Shown: piece after piece, positions 1 to 12,081 of the stretch
How positions within the stretch are numbered: the first letter of the stretch is position 1
How the letters are laid out: the number at the start of each line of letters is the position of its first letter
Assembly: GCA_001643675.2 (NCBI GenBank)
Contig: LSRY02000007.1
Location: 1,302,001-1,366,000 of the forward strand
Direction of reading: 5' to 3'
DNA from: Monocercomonoides exilis PA203
Lineage: Eukaryota > Protista > Preaxostyla
DNA: 64,000 nucleotides
Notes under the pieces: generated by a model
What the model saw: the letters and a program-made list of their open reading frames with translations, nothing else
The model's database searches: none
What the model was told of the DNA's origin: nothing
Translations under genes and position numbers: made by a program

Positions 1-56
1 TGTTTTTGAATTAATCCATAAAATAAAATTTCAGAAATCATTTGATAAATAATTAC

Positions 57-198
57 ATGCCTCAACATCCCGCGCCGTTCTTGACGTTTGAAACAGAACA
101 TATGCAAAAGATAAAGTTGCCACAACAATGATAACTTTTGTCAGAAGGGATTCCTTTCTGGAAGGAGCCAACATTGTTCTATTTCTTATTAAGGGCAT
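57..198 (-). CDS. Probable first exon of a divergently transcribed gene that runs off the left edge; N-terminal membrane anchor (type II membrane protein-like)
   Basis: The minus strand from the ATG at 198 reads MPLIRNRTMLAPSRKESLLTKVIIVVATLSFAYVLFQTSRTARDVEA: a basic N-terminus followed by a hydrophobic helix. It is more GC-rich than its flanks. A GTAATT donor-like site starts at 56 and is followed by AT-rich sequence. Unspliced, the frame stops at 31 (55 aa), below the ORF-track cut-off. Confidence 0.4.
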
Positions 199-357
199 GA
201 AAAAAGATTTTTCTATTTTGCATCACATCATTTTTATCAATTCAAAAACCGTTTTCATTAAATGCCAAAAAGTTTTTAAATAATTAACCATAATTAATAT
301 TATATTTCTAATTGAAGCTGCTCTATTGTCCATTTGTATTTTATACATAAAATAATC

Positions 358-3300
358 ATGGATAGTTTTGTGCGCAAAATTATCAACTATGTTTATTTTA
401 ATGGATATTGGGTAAGCAACAAAGAAAAAATCAAAAGAATAAGAGATTTTTTAAATGCAAACTATCCTTCTGTTTTCATACCATTTTTGAAGCAGTCCCG
501 TTCGCTTCCATCATCAAGCACAAAACCTTATAATAATCAAGTTGTTAATCAACTTGTTATTTTGAATAGGCATTTCCCAGCGAAACCTACAGTTCGTTCA
601 TCTATTATTTTAATGTTTTTCCCGACAAAAGCACGGCAACTTTTCAACGTCATTTCTGCAACTCTTCAAGAATACATATTTCGTCTCGACTTTCCATCAA
701 GCGAATTGTTTTTTAAAAAGCAAGCAAGAATTGAGTTTTCAAAATTTTCCTTTTTTTTGAATGTATGCCTAATAAACAATCAATTATTTCATCATTTCCA
801 CTCAAAACGACTATCAGAGGTGCTTTTAATGTACTATCACAGCAAAAAACCTCAGCAACAAGGATGCTCAATAATATCATCGACAAAACAAATAAATGAT
901 TGGAATAAAGAATTGGATGATATTTCTTCAATAACAACATTTTTCACTCAAAAATTAGTGCGACCACTTTCTCCATTTATATCATTTTTCAGATGCAATC
1001 CAAATGTTTTGTTTGGCCAAGAATTGTATTTTAAAATTGGACCAGCATTACATATGTTTCTCTTGAGCGTTGACGATGGCCAAGGGATTGGCATCAATAA
1101 CTCAATAGGATGGTGGGTTGTTCGACTTTATTTGCTACGTCAACTTCTCGAAGAAGAAAAAACAATGAAACTCGAAAACGTTCACTCCAATGATCAACCG
1201 ACTCCAATAAGTTTTCAAAAATCCACCAAGCCTCAGTTATTTGTATCTTCTTTATCAACATACTCATCTTTGCCCGTTCTTCCTCGCTTGAATTCTGGCT
1301 ATGATGCATCGTCATCTTCTGCTTCTGAGACTTTGCATCATCAGAAAGCAGTATCAAAGTTCGAAGAGGCCAAAGAAATGATGCAATTCTATGAAGCACT
1401 TACGTCAACACAACTGTTTGATATCAGAACACTTTTGCTTGACAAAGAGCGATTAGAACAATTCATGCTCCGATTTATCGAAAAGGGGTTTTCCTCTTTT
1501 CACCTCACCAGAGCGCTTGCAGAATTTGTGATCTTTTCGTGTGGCTACGTATTGACCTTCAGGCACAATGTAGACATTGGGAAAAGAGACACGAATTTCA
1601 ACGGAACGGTCTCTGAGCGCCGTTTCAGCCACTTCCGCAATCCGAGCCAGGGCGAAGGCGAAGGCGCGGGCAGTGTGTTCTGCAACGACCGGTACAGCCA
1701 GCCGTCTCAGCGGGCGCGGCTGATGCTGCAGATCAACCAGCCGTTCCCCGACATCACAGCAGCCGATGCTGAAAACATGCGCAAAGAGGCGTTTCGGAGG
1801 CTGTCCTCCAGCAGCTCGTACCGGTCGCTTCTCTTTGAGCAGTACAGGCAGAAGGAGAGCGAATACATCTGCGCAGGCGATCTGATGTCTGTCTCGCCCC
1901 TCGATGCAATCCTCGAAATAGACAGCGCCCTGTCATTTTTGGACGGTGTTATGGATTTCCTGAAGGAGAACAGCAGGAAAGAGGAGTTTTCTGCGTTCTA
2001 CTCTCTTTCTTCCTCACCCTTGTTCCGCGCTTCTGCCTCTTCCACCACTGTCCCTTCTCCATCCACATCCACCTCGCCCACCACCAGCCCTTTGAGCAAC
2101 CGCATCACTGCTGCCTCTTCTCTCTCCTATTCTTCACAGACTCCTTACATCTCCACACAACCCACTTCTTCTGCCCCGTCTTTCTCGTCTCCGCATCACT
2201 TCACTTTTTCTGGCCTTCTTTCATCGCCTTCTTCAGCCTGCTCTCCCTCAAGCTCATCAGAAATATTCGCAGACGAAGAATCGTCTGTACTTAGTGAAAA
2301 TGTAACTTCCGATCACACAGAACATACAGAACATATTGAAATCACAGAAATCACCGAACACACAACAGATCACATGACAGAGCATATGACAGAGCACTTT
2401 GTAGAACAAGGTGACAGGACGCTTTCCTCGCCCACATCGTCTCATTCCGTCCGCTCGGCGCGCTCTTTGACTTCATCCCAGTCACAATCCCAATCACAGT
2501 CTCAGTCACAATCACCTCCTTTCCGCTCTTCTTCCCAGGCCCATTCGCATTCACTGTCCCGCTCGAACTCTCAGGCCACTTCCCTCACCATCACCCACTC
2601 CCCCTCACAGAACGTGAAGTTGAAGCATCTTTTCCACTCGTTTTCTCATTCTTCGCTTCCTTCTGCGAAGGAGAACAGCATCCGGGATGCAAGTGACAAG
2701 GTGTTTGAAATGGAAGATTCTCCGTTGTCTCCTCAGCAACAGTTGCAATATCAACAACAAAACCAACAAAATCAGCAAAACATACAAAATACACAAAACC
2801 CTCAAATTTCACAGCTTTCACAAATTCCTCTAAGCAGTCAACAGCATCAACAGAATCATCAACAAAATCTTCAACAGCATCATCAGCCACACACTCAGCC
2901 ACAACAAGGCACTCTTTCCTCTCATCACCTAAAGGACTCCAAACTAACTGACTGCACATCTCCACTAGCTGTCAATATTCACAAGCGGTTTCGTTCAAAA
3001 AGTGCGAAAGTGCTGCCACCTGCGATGTCTTCTTCAACTTTGTCTCTTTCGTCGCCAAGCAACATGTTTTATCTTTCTTCTATTTCTGGCTCTTCCCCTT
3101 CTTCTTTCCACAACCAGGGGTCAGACAATTACTTCTCTTCTTACCCTTCTTTTTCCTCCAATTTTTATCCTTATTCGAATTCCCCTTATTCTCCTTCTGT
3201 TTTTGCCACTCCTCCATCCTCCTCCTCCTCATCTTCCTCCTCCTCCTCTTCCTCTTCTTCTTCCTCTTCCTCTCACCCTCTCTCCCTCTCCCGCCTGGAG

Positions 3301-6000
3301 AAGCAACGGAGCCGCAGCGCCAAGCGCGAAGAGGTCTTTTCTGCCTGCCTCACCCGCCAGACGCTGCTCCCGCTCTATTTGGAGGTGCCTGCCCGCATCC
3401 AGCACCGCCTCACTGCCATCCGCTCTCTGTTCGCTGCCCTCAGCTCCTTCAGCCCTGTCCGCATACACAAAGCAGACAACGTGCGCGATTTTGCGCTGCC
3501 TTATTTATCACTTTTGACACGATTGTTAAATTTCCTGAAGCTGATTGTGTGTTTTGACGATGCTGCGTTTCTGAAGCATGTGACGGCGCTGACACAGCAG
3601 ATAGACTATTTGGACCAGAGGTTGATTGAGACTTACCAGGCAGTGCTGAATTTAAGCAAGCAGAATGAGCATAATGAGCAGAACTCTCAGCGGAATTTGG
3701 TTTCTCCTTTGATGTCATCTTCATCATCTTCATCTTCATCATCTTCTTCTCCTTTCCATCTTCCTTCTCAAAGCACCTCCGCCTCCATCATGGCCAATGG
3801 AAATATCAGTGTGACCTCACTAGCTGAGTCCCAATCCTCCGAAAGCGAAGCAATGATGATGATGAACAGCGCTTTTTCTCTCTCTAACAACACAGACAAT
3901 GCAATCGCAGCCACTTTCTCGTCCACTCCCAGTCTGCAGACGCCTGCTGAGGCATCGCCGAGGAATATGAATGGGAATATGAACATGAATATGATACAAG
4001 CGAACGACCCTTCATCATCTTCTCTGACAATCACCACAACGGCTTCGACTGCTACTGTTGCTACAAATACAAGTCCAACTCCTATGCCATCCTCTTCTTC
4101 CTCTTCTTCCTCCTCTTCTTCCTCCTCTTCCTCCTCTTCTTCTGGAGCTTCGACATCAGCTGACTCTGTTGCCTCTACAACTGGATCGATGACGCTATCC
4201 ACAGACAACATTGCGCCACATCTGTCAACCACAAGCTCTTCTTCACCGGCTCCTGAAGGGACTCCAACATATCAGCTGAATTCTGTTGCACTTGCTTCAT
4301 CATCATCATCATCATCATCATCATCGTCTTCTTCTATTTTTCCATCACCTCCTCTACTTTTGCCTTCATCAACAGTAATAACGACAACAACAACCTCTTC
4401 CTCCTCTTCCTCCTCTTCCTCCTCTTCCTCCTCTTCCTCCTCTTCCTCCTCTTCCTCCTCTTCCTCCTCTTCCTCCTCTTCCTCCTCTTCCTCCTCTTCC
4501 TCCTCTTCCTCATCTTCAACCGAACTTCTCGAGCCTCTCAATCTCAATCTCGATCTCGAGAACAACAAGGTTATCTTCCATTCTCCTTCATTTGCTGCCT
4601 GGATCGACTCCACACCCGCACAGTTCCGCGCGAAATGCATCGCTCTTTCTTCTGTTTGGGTGAATTTGGTCAAATCAGCACCGCTTGGACGGCCAATCAT
4701 CAGGAATTACTTCATCGAGACGGCTAAGCGGATCGCCAGTGAGTGGAGAAAGGACATTGAGCAAGTGAACAAGGATTCGCTGGTAGAGACAATAAAGGGG
4801 ATACAAATGTATCGTCCAACAGATGTCTGTGGTGTTTTGCCTGAGGCTCCGTTTCAGCAGTTTTCGGAGCTGATTGGGAGGATTGGGAATGTTTCTTCTT
4901 CTTCTTCTTCTTCTTCTTCTTCTGCTTCTTCTTCCTCTTCTGCTTCTTCTTCCTCTTCTGCTTCTTCTTCCTCTTCTTCATTTGCAATAGCACAAGAAGA
5001 AAGTGATGTTGAGGCTGGAAAATCACAAAAGAGCCAACTGGGCTTATTTAGCAGCAGACAAAGAGGAGAAGGTGATGCAACTGGCAGTTACGAGTTATCT
5101 CCTCAATTTCCACAGAACATATCTGCAATATCTTCTTCTTCTTCATTGACTTCTTCATCATCATCGTCATCTTCTGTTATCATTGAGCCTTCTTCACCCC
5201 CAGCTGCTTCATGCACATTTCACAGCAATGATTTCAGCACCAGAAGGTCTCCTTCTCCTCCTCTTGTCCAACGGAATAAACATGATTCTTCTCAGAAAGC
5301 TGCTTCATCCTCATCATCGACAGAACCCAATTCTTCTGCTTCTTCATCGTCTTCTTCTTCCTCCTCTTTCACCTCCTCTTCCTCCGCCTCTACCTTCATC
5401 CCATCTCTCCCCATCACCCCTGCCTACACCATCGTCAATGATTACTCCACTTTCCTCCCTTCCGTCCACCAAACAGAACAAGAATTTGGCGAATACAACC
5501 GCTCGCCCCGTTTCATCGACGAAAATCAGCAGTCTTCTGTTCCATTGACACCCATGACGGTTCATTCTCAGTCAACAAGCACAATCAAAGGATCAACAGC
5601 TTCTTCTTCTTCTGCTTCTTCTTCTGCATCTGCTGCATCAATAACGAACCAGTCTCAATCGTCTTCTTCAGATTCGCTGGATCATTCGCGCTCTGTGTTT
5701 TCTATTGCACTTAGCAGCAATGGTGGAGTTGGAGGAGGCATCGGAGAAAGCGGAGAAAGAAGAGAAAGAGAAGGAAGCAATGGAAGAGGCGCAGGAACCG
5801 GAATCGGGGCCTTTCCCCAGTCATCTCTTGGAGACGGATCAGAAATGGTTCCCTATCAACATATTGCCGATGTGATGAAGGGATATGCAGTGCCATCAAC
5901 ACACCAGCAGCAGCCGATGACTTCGCAGTCAGGGTATTTGGTACCATCAAGTGGGTATTTGTCAGGTGGAATGCATCCAAGAAGTATGCTTCGTATTTAA
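358..6000 (+). CDS. Exon 1 (N-terminal tail, first part of DHC_N1) of a giant dynein heavy chain-like gene, with long Ser/Gln-rich insertions
   Basis: Long ORF (the track starts at TTG 334; first ATG is at 358). Blocks resembling DHC_N1 occur in the expected order: WWVVRLYLLRQL (about 1111), FEEAKEMMQFYEAL (about 1360), LAEFVIFSCGYVL (about 1516), RIQHRLTAIRSLF (about 3394), FDDAAF..IDYLDQRL (about 3553) and RPIIRNYFIETAKRIASEWRKDIEQV (4690-4767; compare cytoplasmic dynein [23 protein letters not shown]). If spliced, the exon ends at about 5983 or 5992. Confidence 0.7.
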   Translation: MDSFVRKIINYVYFNGYWVSNKEKIKRIRDFLNANYPSVFIPFLKQSRSLPSSSTKPYNNQVVNQLVILNRHFPAKPTVRSSIILMFFPTKARQLFNVISATLQEYIFRLDFPSSELFFKKQARIEFSKFSFFLNVCLINNQLFHHFHSKRLSEVLLMYYHSKKPQQQGCSIISSTKQINDWNKELDDISSITTFFTQKLVRPLSPFISFFRCNPNVLFGQELYFKIGPALHMFLLSVDDGQGIGINNSIGWWVVRLYLLRQLLEEEKTMKLENVHSNDQPTPISFQKSTKPQLFVSSLSTYSSLPVLPRLNSGYDASSSSASETLHHQKAVSKFEEAKEMMQFYEALTSTQLFDIRTLLLDKERLEQFMLRFIEKGFSSFHLTRALAEFVIFSCGYVLTFRHNVDIGKRDTNFNGTVSERRFSHFRNPSQGEGEGAGSVFCNDRYSQPSQRARLMLQINQPFPDITAADAENMRKEAFRRLSSSSSYRSLLFEQYRQKESEYICAGDLMSVSPLDAILEIDSALSFLDGVMDFLKENSRKEEFSAFYSLSSSPLFRASASSTTVPSPSTSTSPTTSPLSNRITAASSLSYSSQTPYISTQPTSSAPSFSSPHHFTFSGLLSSPSSACSPSSSSEIFADEESSVLSENVTSDHTEHTEHIEITEITEHTTDHMTEHMTEHFVEQGDRTLSSPTSSHSVRSARSLTSSQSQSQSQSQSQSPPFRSSSQAHSHSLSRSNSQATSLTITHSPSQNVKLKHLFHSFSHSSLPSAKENSIRDASDKVFEMEDSPLSPQQQLQYQQQNQQNQQNIQNTQNPQISQLSQIPLSSQQHQQNHQQNLQQHHQPHTQPQQGTLSSHHLKDSKLTDCTSPLAVNIHKRFRSKSAKVLPPAMSSSTLSLSSPSNMFYLSSISGSSPSSFHNQGSDNYFSSYPSFSSNFYPYSNSPYSPSVFATPPSSSSSSSSSSSSSSSSSSSHPLSLSRLEKQRSRSAKREEVFSACLTRQTLLPLYLEVPARIQHRLTAIRSLFAALSSFSPVRIHKADNVRDFALPYLSLLTRLLNFLKLIVCFDDAAFLKHVTALTQQIDYLDQRLIETYQAVLNLSKQNEHNEQNSQRNLVSPLMSSSSSSSSSSSSPFHLPSQSTSASIMANGNISVTSLAESQSSESEAMMMMNSAFSLSNNTDNAIAATFSSTPSLQTPAEASPRNMNGNMNMNMIQANDPSSSSLTITTTASTATVATNTSPTPMPSSSSSSSSSSSSSSSSSSGASTSADSVASTTGSMTLSTDNIAPHLSTTSSSSPAPEGTPTYQLNSVALASSSSSSSSSSSSSIFPSPPLLLPSSTVITTTTTSSSSSSSSSSSSSSSSSSSSSSSSSSSSSSSSSSSSSSSSSTELLEPLNLNLDLENNKVIFHSPSFAAWIDSTPAQFRAKCIALSSVWVNLVKSAPLGRPIIRNYFIETAKRIASEWRKDIEQVNKDSLVETIKGIQMYRPTDVCGVLPEAPFQQFSELIGRIGNVSSSSSSSSSSASSSSSASSSSSASSSSSSFAIAQEESDVEAGKSQKSQLGLFSSRQRGEGDATGSYELSPQFPQNISAISSSSSLTSSSSSSSSVIIEPSSPPAASCTFHSNDFSTRRSPSPPLVQRNKHDSSQKAASSSSSTEPNSSASSSSSSSSSFTSSSSASTFIPSLPITPAYTIVNDYSTFLPSVHQTEQEFGEYNRSPRFIDENQQSSVPLTPMTVHSQSTSTIKGSTASSSSASSSASAASITNQSQSSSSDSLDHSRSVFSIALSSNGGVGGGIGESGERREREGSNGRGAGTGIGAFPQSSLGDGSEMVPYQHIADVMKGYAVPSTHQQQPMTSQSGYLVPSSGYLSGGMHPRSMLRI
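4396..4509 (+). repeat. Coding tandem repeat (TCTTCCTCC)x~12.7 encoding poly-Ser
   Basis: A perfect 9-nt unit read directly from the sequence; it lies within a run of about 41 Ser. Confidence 0.95.
4921..4974 (+). repeat. Coding 18-nt tandem repeat (TCTGCTTCTTCTTCCTCT)x3, encoding SASSSS
   Basis: Read directly; preceded by a (TCT)n microsatellite. Confidence 0.85.
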
Positions 6001-6296
6001 TTAAATTTATATTTTTTAATTTTTTTTGTTTTTTTTTCTATCTCTTTTTTATAAATAACATATTGCATTCATATCTTATTTATTTATTTATTTGTTTATT
6101 TTGAATATTGATTCTATTTTTTCTGTTTTTTTTTACTTTTATTTGCATTCTCACTCCTTTTTTTATAATGAAAAATTTGGTACTCTTTCACAATATGCTT
6201 CAAATACCTATTTTACTCACTTCCCCTTCCCAACACAAGATTTCATGGCTTCCAGTCAGATATACTCCACCCAGATGCTTCTATCTCCTCTTTTAG
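5993..6296 (+). other. Predicted phase-1 spliceosomal intron joining the two dynein-like ORFs (alternative donor 5984, alternative acceptor 6239)
   Basis: Donors GTATTT (5993) and GTATGC (5984) are both phase 1 in the upstream frame. Acceptors ...CTCCTCTTTTAG (ends 6296) and ...TACTCAC-TTCCCCTTCCCAACACAAG (ends 6239) are both phase 1 in the downstream frame. The intervening DNA is T/AT-rich, and domain motifs continue across the gap. Confidence 0.6.
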
Positions 6297-9200
6297 ATCC
6301 AAATGCAGCCAGTTCATCAAGCGTGCCTCCAACATCCCCAGTTTCTGTTCCTTATCACCCTCGCCATCATCATCATCAGCCCTTTCCTTCACAATACACC
6401 GACTCTTCTGCTTCAACTTCATCATCATCATCTTCCTCCTCTTCCTCTTCCCTCCCAATCAACACCAACGAATCCACCACCGGCTCTTCTTTGCTTTCCC
6501 CTTCCAACCTCTCTTCTGTCTACATCCCACCCACACTCGAAGTCTGCGAGCTTTTCACATATCGCTTCGTGCCCAACTTAATCAGCTACCGCCTCTCCTC
6601 TCGCCAGTCCCGCTATTCTCTCTCAAACCCATCGCTCTTTATTCGCACTGCTCATAACCTCCTTTTCTACTCTAATTCTGACCAGAGTGTTCCTGTGAAG
6701 CAGTTCCACTTCAAAATGGACGATGATCATTACCTGAACAACAGCGACAGTGCTATTATGTCGCAGTCAATGCAGATTCCGTTGGTCCCTTCTTCTTCAT
6801 CGTCGTCTGTGCTTCCACTCGCCAGCGCACCCGGGAGCAGCAACAGTCTCACATATGCCTCCACTCTGCATTCCTTCAGCCTCCCTCCCACAAACACAGA
6901 GGGAAATCAGCCAGACACACTGCAGCGCTCCCGGTCTTCTCAGCTTTTGGCAACAGTCAACCAATCACTGACGGATCTGAGGTATTTTTATAACTACGTC
7001 GTTGCAGGTATCATGCACTATGAAAGCTCCATCACAAAACATTGGGCTCAGCAGTTTCTATTTGCTTTGGCGGATCTTATATCAACTCCATTACTTAGGT
7101 TTATTGATCACTACAGTAAAAACAATGCAGATAATGCTCAAGGTTCATCTTCATCATCCTCTTCCTCTTCTTCCTCTTCCTCTGTTTATTCCCCCACTGA
7201 GTTCGATTCTTCGCTGCAGGCCTCCCAGTTCACAGAGTTCCACGGCCCGCGCTTTGTGATCGTGTCACCCGGCAACTTCTCCACCACTGTTGCCCACACT
7301 TCCATCGCACAGGCGCTTTCGCTTTCAACCGTCCTTGTCAACATCAGCGTGCAGCAGAACGCATTTCTCGCGGAGTTTCTGAAGCTCATCAAGTTCGGAT
7401 TCGTTAAACCAAGAGATTTTCCAGTTGCTGGCTTCCCCAAAATATCGCATCTGCACTTGTTTGCGAACACCACTTTGATTGTGGTGCAGAAGCTGACGCA
7501 GATTGTGTTCTTTCGTGGACTAATCTACCGTTCAATGCACCCAAACATCATCGCTTTGCTTGTACCCCACGTCAACTTCATTGAAACAAAACTGAAAGAA
7601 CTGGGTTCTGGCTTCAACTGGAGTCGCTTACCATCGAACTCGTATCTCGCACGCTTCATGAAGCTTCTGTCGTTCTTTGCGAATCTTGTACAGCGGATGA
7701 ACGCCTTTGCGCGCTTTGCTGACCAGCACTACCTGCAGGTCAGCCGCATCCGCTTCTTCTGCTTCAAAGAAGGGCTGCCGATGAAGCTTGATGATGTGCA
7801 CGAGTTTCAGCTACGGCATGTGAGGCATGCGAAAGAGCAGATCCAGTTCTGCTCCAAACAGATACGGACGATCATGGCGATTCTGTTTGACGAGGCAGCG
7901 TTGGGTTATTTAGCGTTGACGTCAGAGAATCCTCGCACTCGCTCTTTGTTTGGCTCTACAGGCGCGCTGCATCTGCACACGTTCCAGCTGATGGGCATTG
8001 AGCTGTGCAGTCTGATTTCGCTGAACGAGATGAATGCGAATGCGGGGATAGGGGCATTTGACGACGACATCATCAGCTGCGATGAGAATGACGATATTCC
8101 GCAGGATCCGCTGAATGTGCAGAAGGAACAGTCAAATTCTGAGGAAAAGCAGACGCTTCATTCAGTTTTGAACAACAATGAGAACAATTCTGGGTCAAAG
8201 TTGTCTCACTTTGGAATAAACAAGCCGAATGCTGCTTCTAATTCCGCACAATCGCCAACTTCTGTTTCACCGCTAATCACCTTCCCGTCACTGACATCGT
8301 CAACTTCATTGTCCAACAACCCAAATTCGCTGCACTCAAACGATGCTGCCCACACATTTGTCTTTTGGGGCGATCCAATTGTGTTATTTGAACTGCAAAA
8401 CGCCTTTTTGCATCTGCTTGGCAGAGCACAGAGCATCTACATAGCTTCGCTCCATCATGCGTTGCTGGCTTCAATCAAACAGTTTTCTTCTTTTCTCTCA
8501 AACGCAGAGACTTATTCTATCGCACTGATCAACCAGGCATACGAACAGCAGGCATCAGATGGTAGTGAAGGCGCTTTCAATGATGAAGAGAACCCAGCCA
8601 CATCTGCAAGTTCTGCTGCATTTATTCCAAACAATGAATCATCTCAAGCTCTACCCATCTACAGCAACATCTCCCACCAGCTGCACTTCGACCTGATCTT
8701 CCACGACGGAGTGTTCAAGCTGAACCCGTCTATCAGCCAGCTCAGAGAAAGCGTGCACAAACTGCTTCTGGAGACGTTTGCGGCTGTGAGGGAGATCAAT
8801 GCGTGGGCAGAGGAGGATGTGAAGTCGTGCTGGGTGCTCCCGACACGCCAGATGTGTATCAATGAAGCTTATAGATTCAAATCTTTGACTGGAACAACAC
8901 CCTTTGCGGTCGTGAAGACGATGTCGATGCATCTGTCATCGTCGGGCCAGGCTCCAAAGACTGTTCCTTTCAGAATGAGAGACATTAAGAAATTGAGAGA
9001 GAAGCAAAAACACAATCCACGCACTTCTGTGAAGAATTTGCTGAGTGAACATTTGCCGAGGAACTCAAAACTGGGCAACGATGCTGAAGAGGACAGTAAT
9101 ATTCCAAGAACACCAACTTCAGTTGCACTATCGTTTTCATCTTCGTTGAGTTCTTTGGCGAATGTGGAAGTTACCACTCCTTCTGCATGCTCATCGACTC

Positions 9201-12026
9201 CACACAATTACATCCATTCTCTTCGGTCTTCGAAGAAAGTGCCATCTGTTTGGGTGTTTCTGTCTGATTCTCAGCCGCTAATTGCACAGACGTTCATCAC
9301 TGCTACGTATGTTTCAGAGCCAGACAATCTGACAGCGTGCATAACACACCGCTTGTCACTCATCGACTTCATATTCAACCAAAAACCAGAGTTTGTGTTC
9401 GATGCAATCATCCGCATTGTCGATGGGCTGGGGCTGAACTTGGATCTTCCGACGTTTGCTTTGCCTTCGCGGTACGTTCGCTTCGGGCACACAATGCTGT
9501 ACCCAAGCAGCGAATCTGTCTCATCGAGTGATGGCCAGTTGCTTTCACAGTGGACACTCCACTACACAAACAATTCGTCACGCAACACATTTCGAAATCT
9601 GAGGCTTGAATTGTCTCTGATGGATGATGTTGAGCTGAACGATGTTTCCAAAGACTTTAAAGATGAATTAACCAGCATACCTTCGTTGAATGTGAAGCAA
9701 ACAAAGTCATCCAAACCTAATCGGTATTTCGAGTCAACATCTCCGTTTCCATCTCTCTCTTGTGGGAATGCTATTGCCTTCACTCAAACAAACTCAAAGA
9801 GAAGCTCAAGAATGACTCTGCCTGAAAGGAAATCGACAATGCCTATTGCTCCAAAATCAAGCTTTTACGCAGTCACACTGGGAATCACGCTTCCCAGCAA
9901 GGATTGCGTGATGCCAGTGACGGTGCTGCCTGAAGATTCAATGGACGATCCTGAGCCATACAACTTGTGTGCGTTGTATCCTGTCATTCCACCAGATGAC
10001 ATTTCACCCACAAAGCTCTTTCAACCTGACCCTGAGCCTTATCGCTGCCCGATATGTGGGTCATATTTTGTGTCTGTTGTAACACTGTTCAATCACATAA
10101 ACGTAAATGGTCCGCACTATCAGCCTTCTCAGATCCAACGGTCTCTGTATGTGACACTGCTGAACTATGTCACGAGATCATTGGAGAGGCTAGCTGTGTG
10201 GGAGAGAGCGCTTGAACTGGTAGCAAAACACTCGGCAAAGTCTTATGAAAACCAAAGTAATGCTTTTATGTTTGATGTTCTCACATCAGCTTCTTCGCCT
10301 TTGTCCTCATCATCTGCTCAGATTGCTGGCTCTGCCTCACAAATGGCATCTTCCTCTTCAGCGGCTTATTATCGTTCACAGCCTTATTCATTTGCATATT
10401 CTGATGCACAAACATCTGATATTGTTCAGCAAGATCTGTCATCTGACAAACATTACGGGCGCTTTCTGTCTCGTGCTGTGATTGCGCCTCCACCTCCGCA
10501 GCTTGTTCAAATGCTTGCTGCTTCCTTTTCTCCATTCAAAGTGCACCATTCAATTGTTTTATCCTCATTGAACACAATTCTTCCATTTGCACTCTCACAA
10601 ATAGGCAAATGGATTGATACCCTGTGCACTATCTTGGATCAGATCTCTCATGCATACCTATTCCCACCAATGGATTTGCTGACAAGAGTGAAAGAAGGGC
10701 TGACATCTCAGCTGAAGAGCATTTCTCGAATGCCTCAAAAATCGTCTGGAACAGTGACAGAGTCCACAACGCCATTCACATCTTTGATTCAGAGGGTGTC
10801 TCAACGGAAAGGAGTATCTTTTTCTTTGGCTCTCTCAACTTACCGCACGTTATCTCTGACTGCAAAGACGGGAATTGATCTCTCTGCATTCACCACATCC
10901 TACCTGCAGCAGACGAAAATGTCAACATCCATGAGCGCCAATGCACTTTTATCATCAATCGACTCTGTTGATGAGCTGACAAGGCTATCTGACACATTCT
11001 CAAACTACTGCGATGCCCCTGCTGAATTGGATGTGAGTCTGAATGAAGTTAGTGAAGCTGTGTCTGTGCTCCGCACATTCAGTCCGAATCGAGCACAAGG
11101 ATTGCTTCGGCTGTTATTATCGCTGGTTGACCAAGTAGTGTCATTTGACCAGCTCTCTGCAGACTACTTCAGCTCAGCCGACACGAAGAAGAAGCAGCTT
11201 GCACTGCGTGCGAGGATTGCGAAGGAAAGAGTGTCGATGAGTTCTTCGATTCTTGTTGCACATTCCAAGGCGATGAGGAAGTCGTATGTGCAAAGTGTGG
11301 ACTCTTCACTTCTCTCTTTGGAGATGAAGGCAGAGAACGTGGCGTTGGTTATGTCGCATTTCAAAGAAGTGACTGCATGCATAGCTGATCTCAACCACGA
11401 TGAGCTGCTTTTGAAGCTGCCTCTGTCAGAATTCCCAGCAGTGGAGAAAGAAATGCAGAAGATGAACTATAACTCGCTTTTGTACTCGACATTCTTCAAC
11501 TTCCGCAACTGGAAGACGAAGCTGATGAGCCAGCCGTTTACTAACGAGAACACAACAGCTGCGCTTCAAAGATTGGACTATTTCACACACAAACTGAAGG
11601 ATATTGAGACTATTCGTATTTCAGTGCCATCGAAGAAGATAATGAAAATGAACAAGTTCCAGAAGCTTCTGATATCTGAGATCGACAATCTGAAGGAGCC
11701 ACTGCATCATGTGGCAAAGATCTCACAGAAATCATTCAGAAAGCGCCATTGGGAAAAATTGGCTGAAATCACACAGAACAGAGCAATACTGACAGACATG
11801 GTTGAACTGCAGAACATAAGCCAGATTCAGGACGAGGTGAGGAAGAAGTCGAATTTCCTTGTGATGATGCAGAAGGAGCAAAGATTAAGAAGGAAAGAAG
11901 TATCAGCTTATAACCAAGGAGCTGTTTTGAGTTCAGCATCATCTGCATCTACTGGGGCACAGTCTGCTGTTTCGAATCCGATTTCTTTGGCTACAAATGC
12001 TTTCTTCCATAATTCAATTTCCACTC

Positions 12027-12081
<55 letters not shown>

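Noticed and set aside
334-357. TTG starts used by the ORF track (334, 6092, 37716, 61203)
   Set aside because: The context is eukaryotic and the extensions are T-rich UTR or intron-like sequence. Downstream ATGs (358, 37755, 61395) or a splice acceptor fit better.
3768-5026. Minus-strand ORFs with poly-Glu/Asp or (RKR)n runs, and similar ones at 11908-12222 and 61454-61669
   Set aside because: They are antisense shadows of TCN poly-Ser microsatellites in the real plus-strand genes.
6001-6244. Trans-splicing (Giardia-style split dynein) or stop-codon readthrough/recoding between the two ORFs
   Set aside because: The pieces are adjacent, on the same strand and in order, and they can be joined by an ordinary cis GT-AG intron. 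The two ORFs are in different frames, so readthrough alone would not join them.
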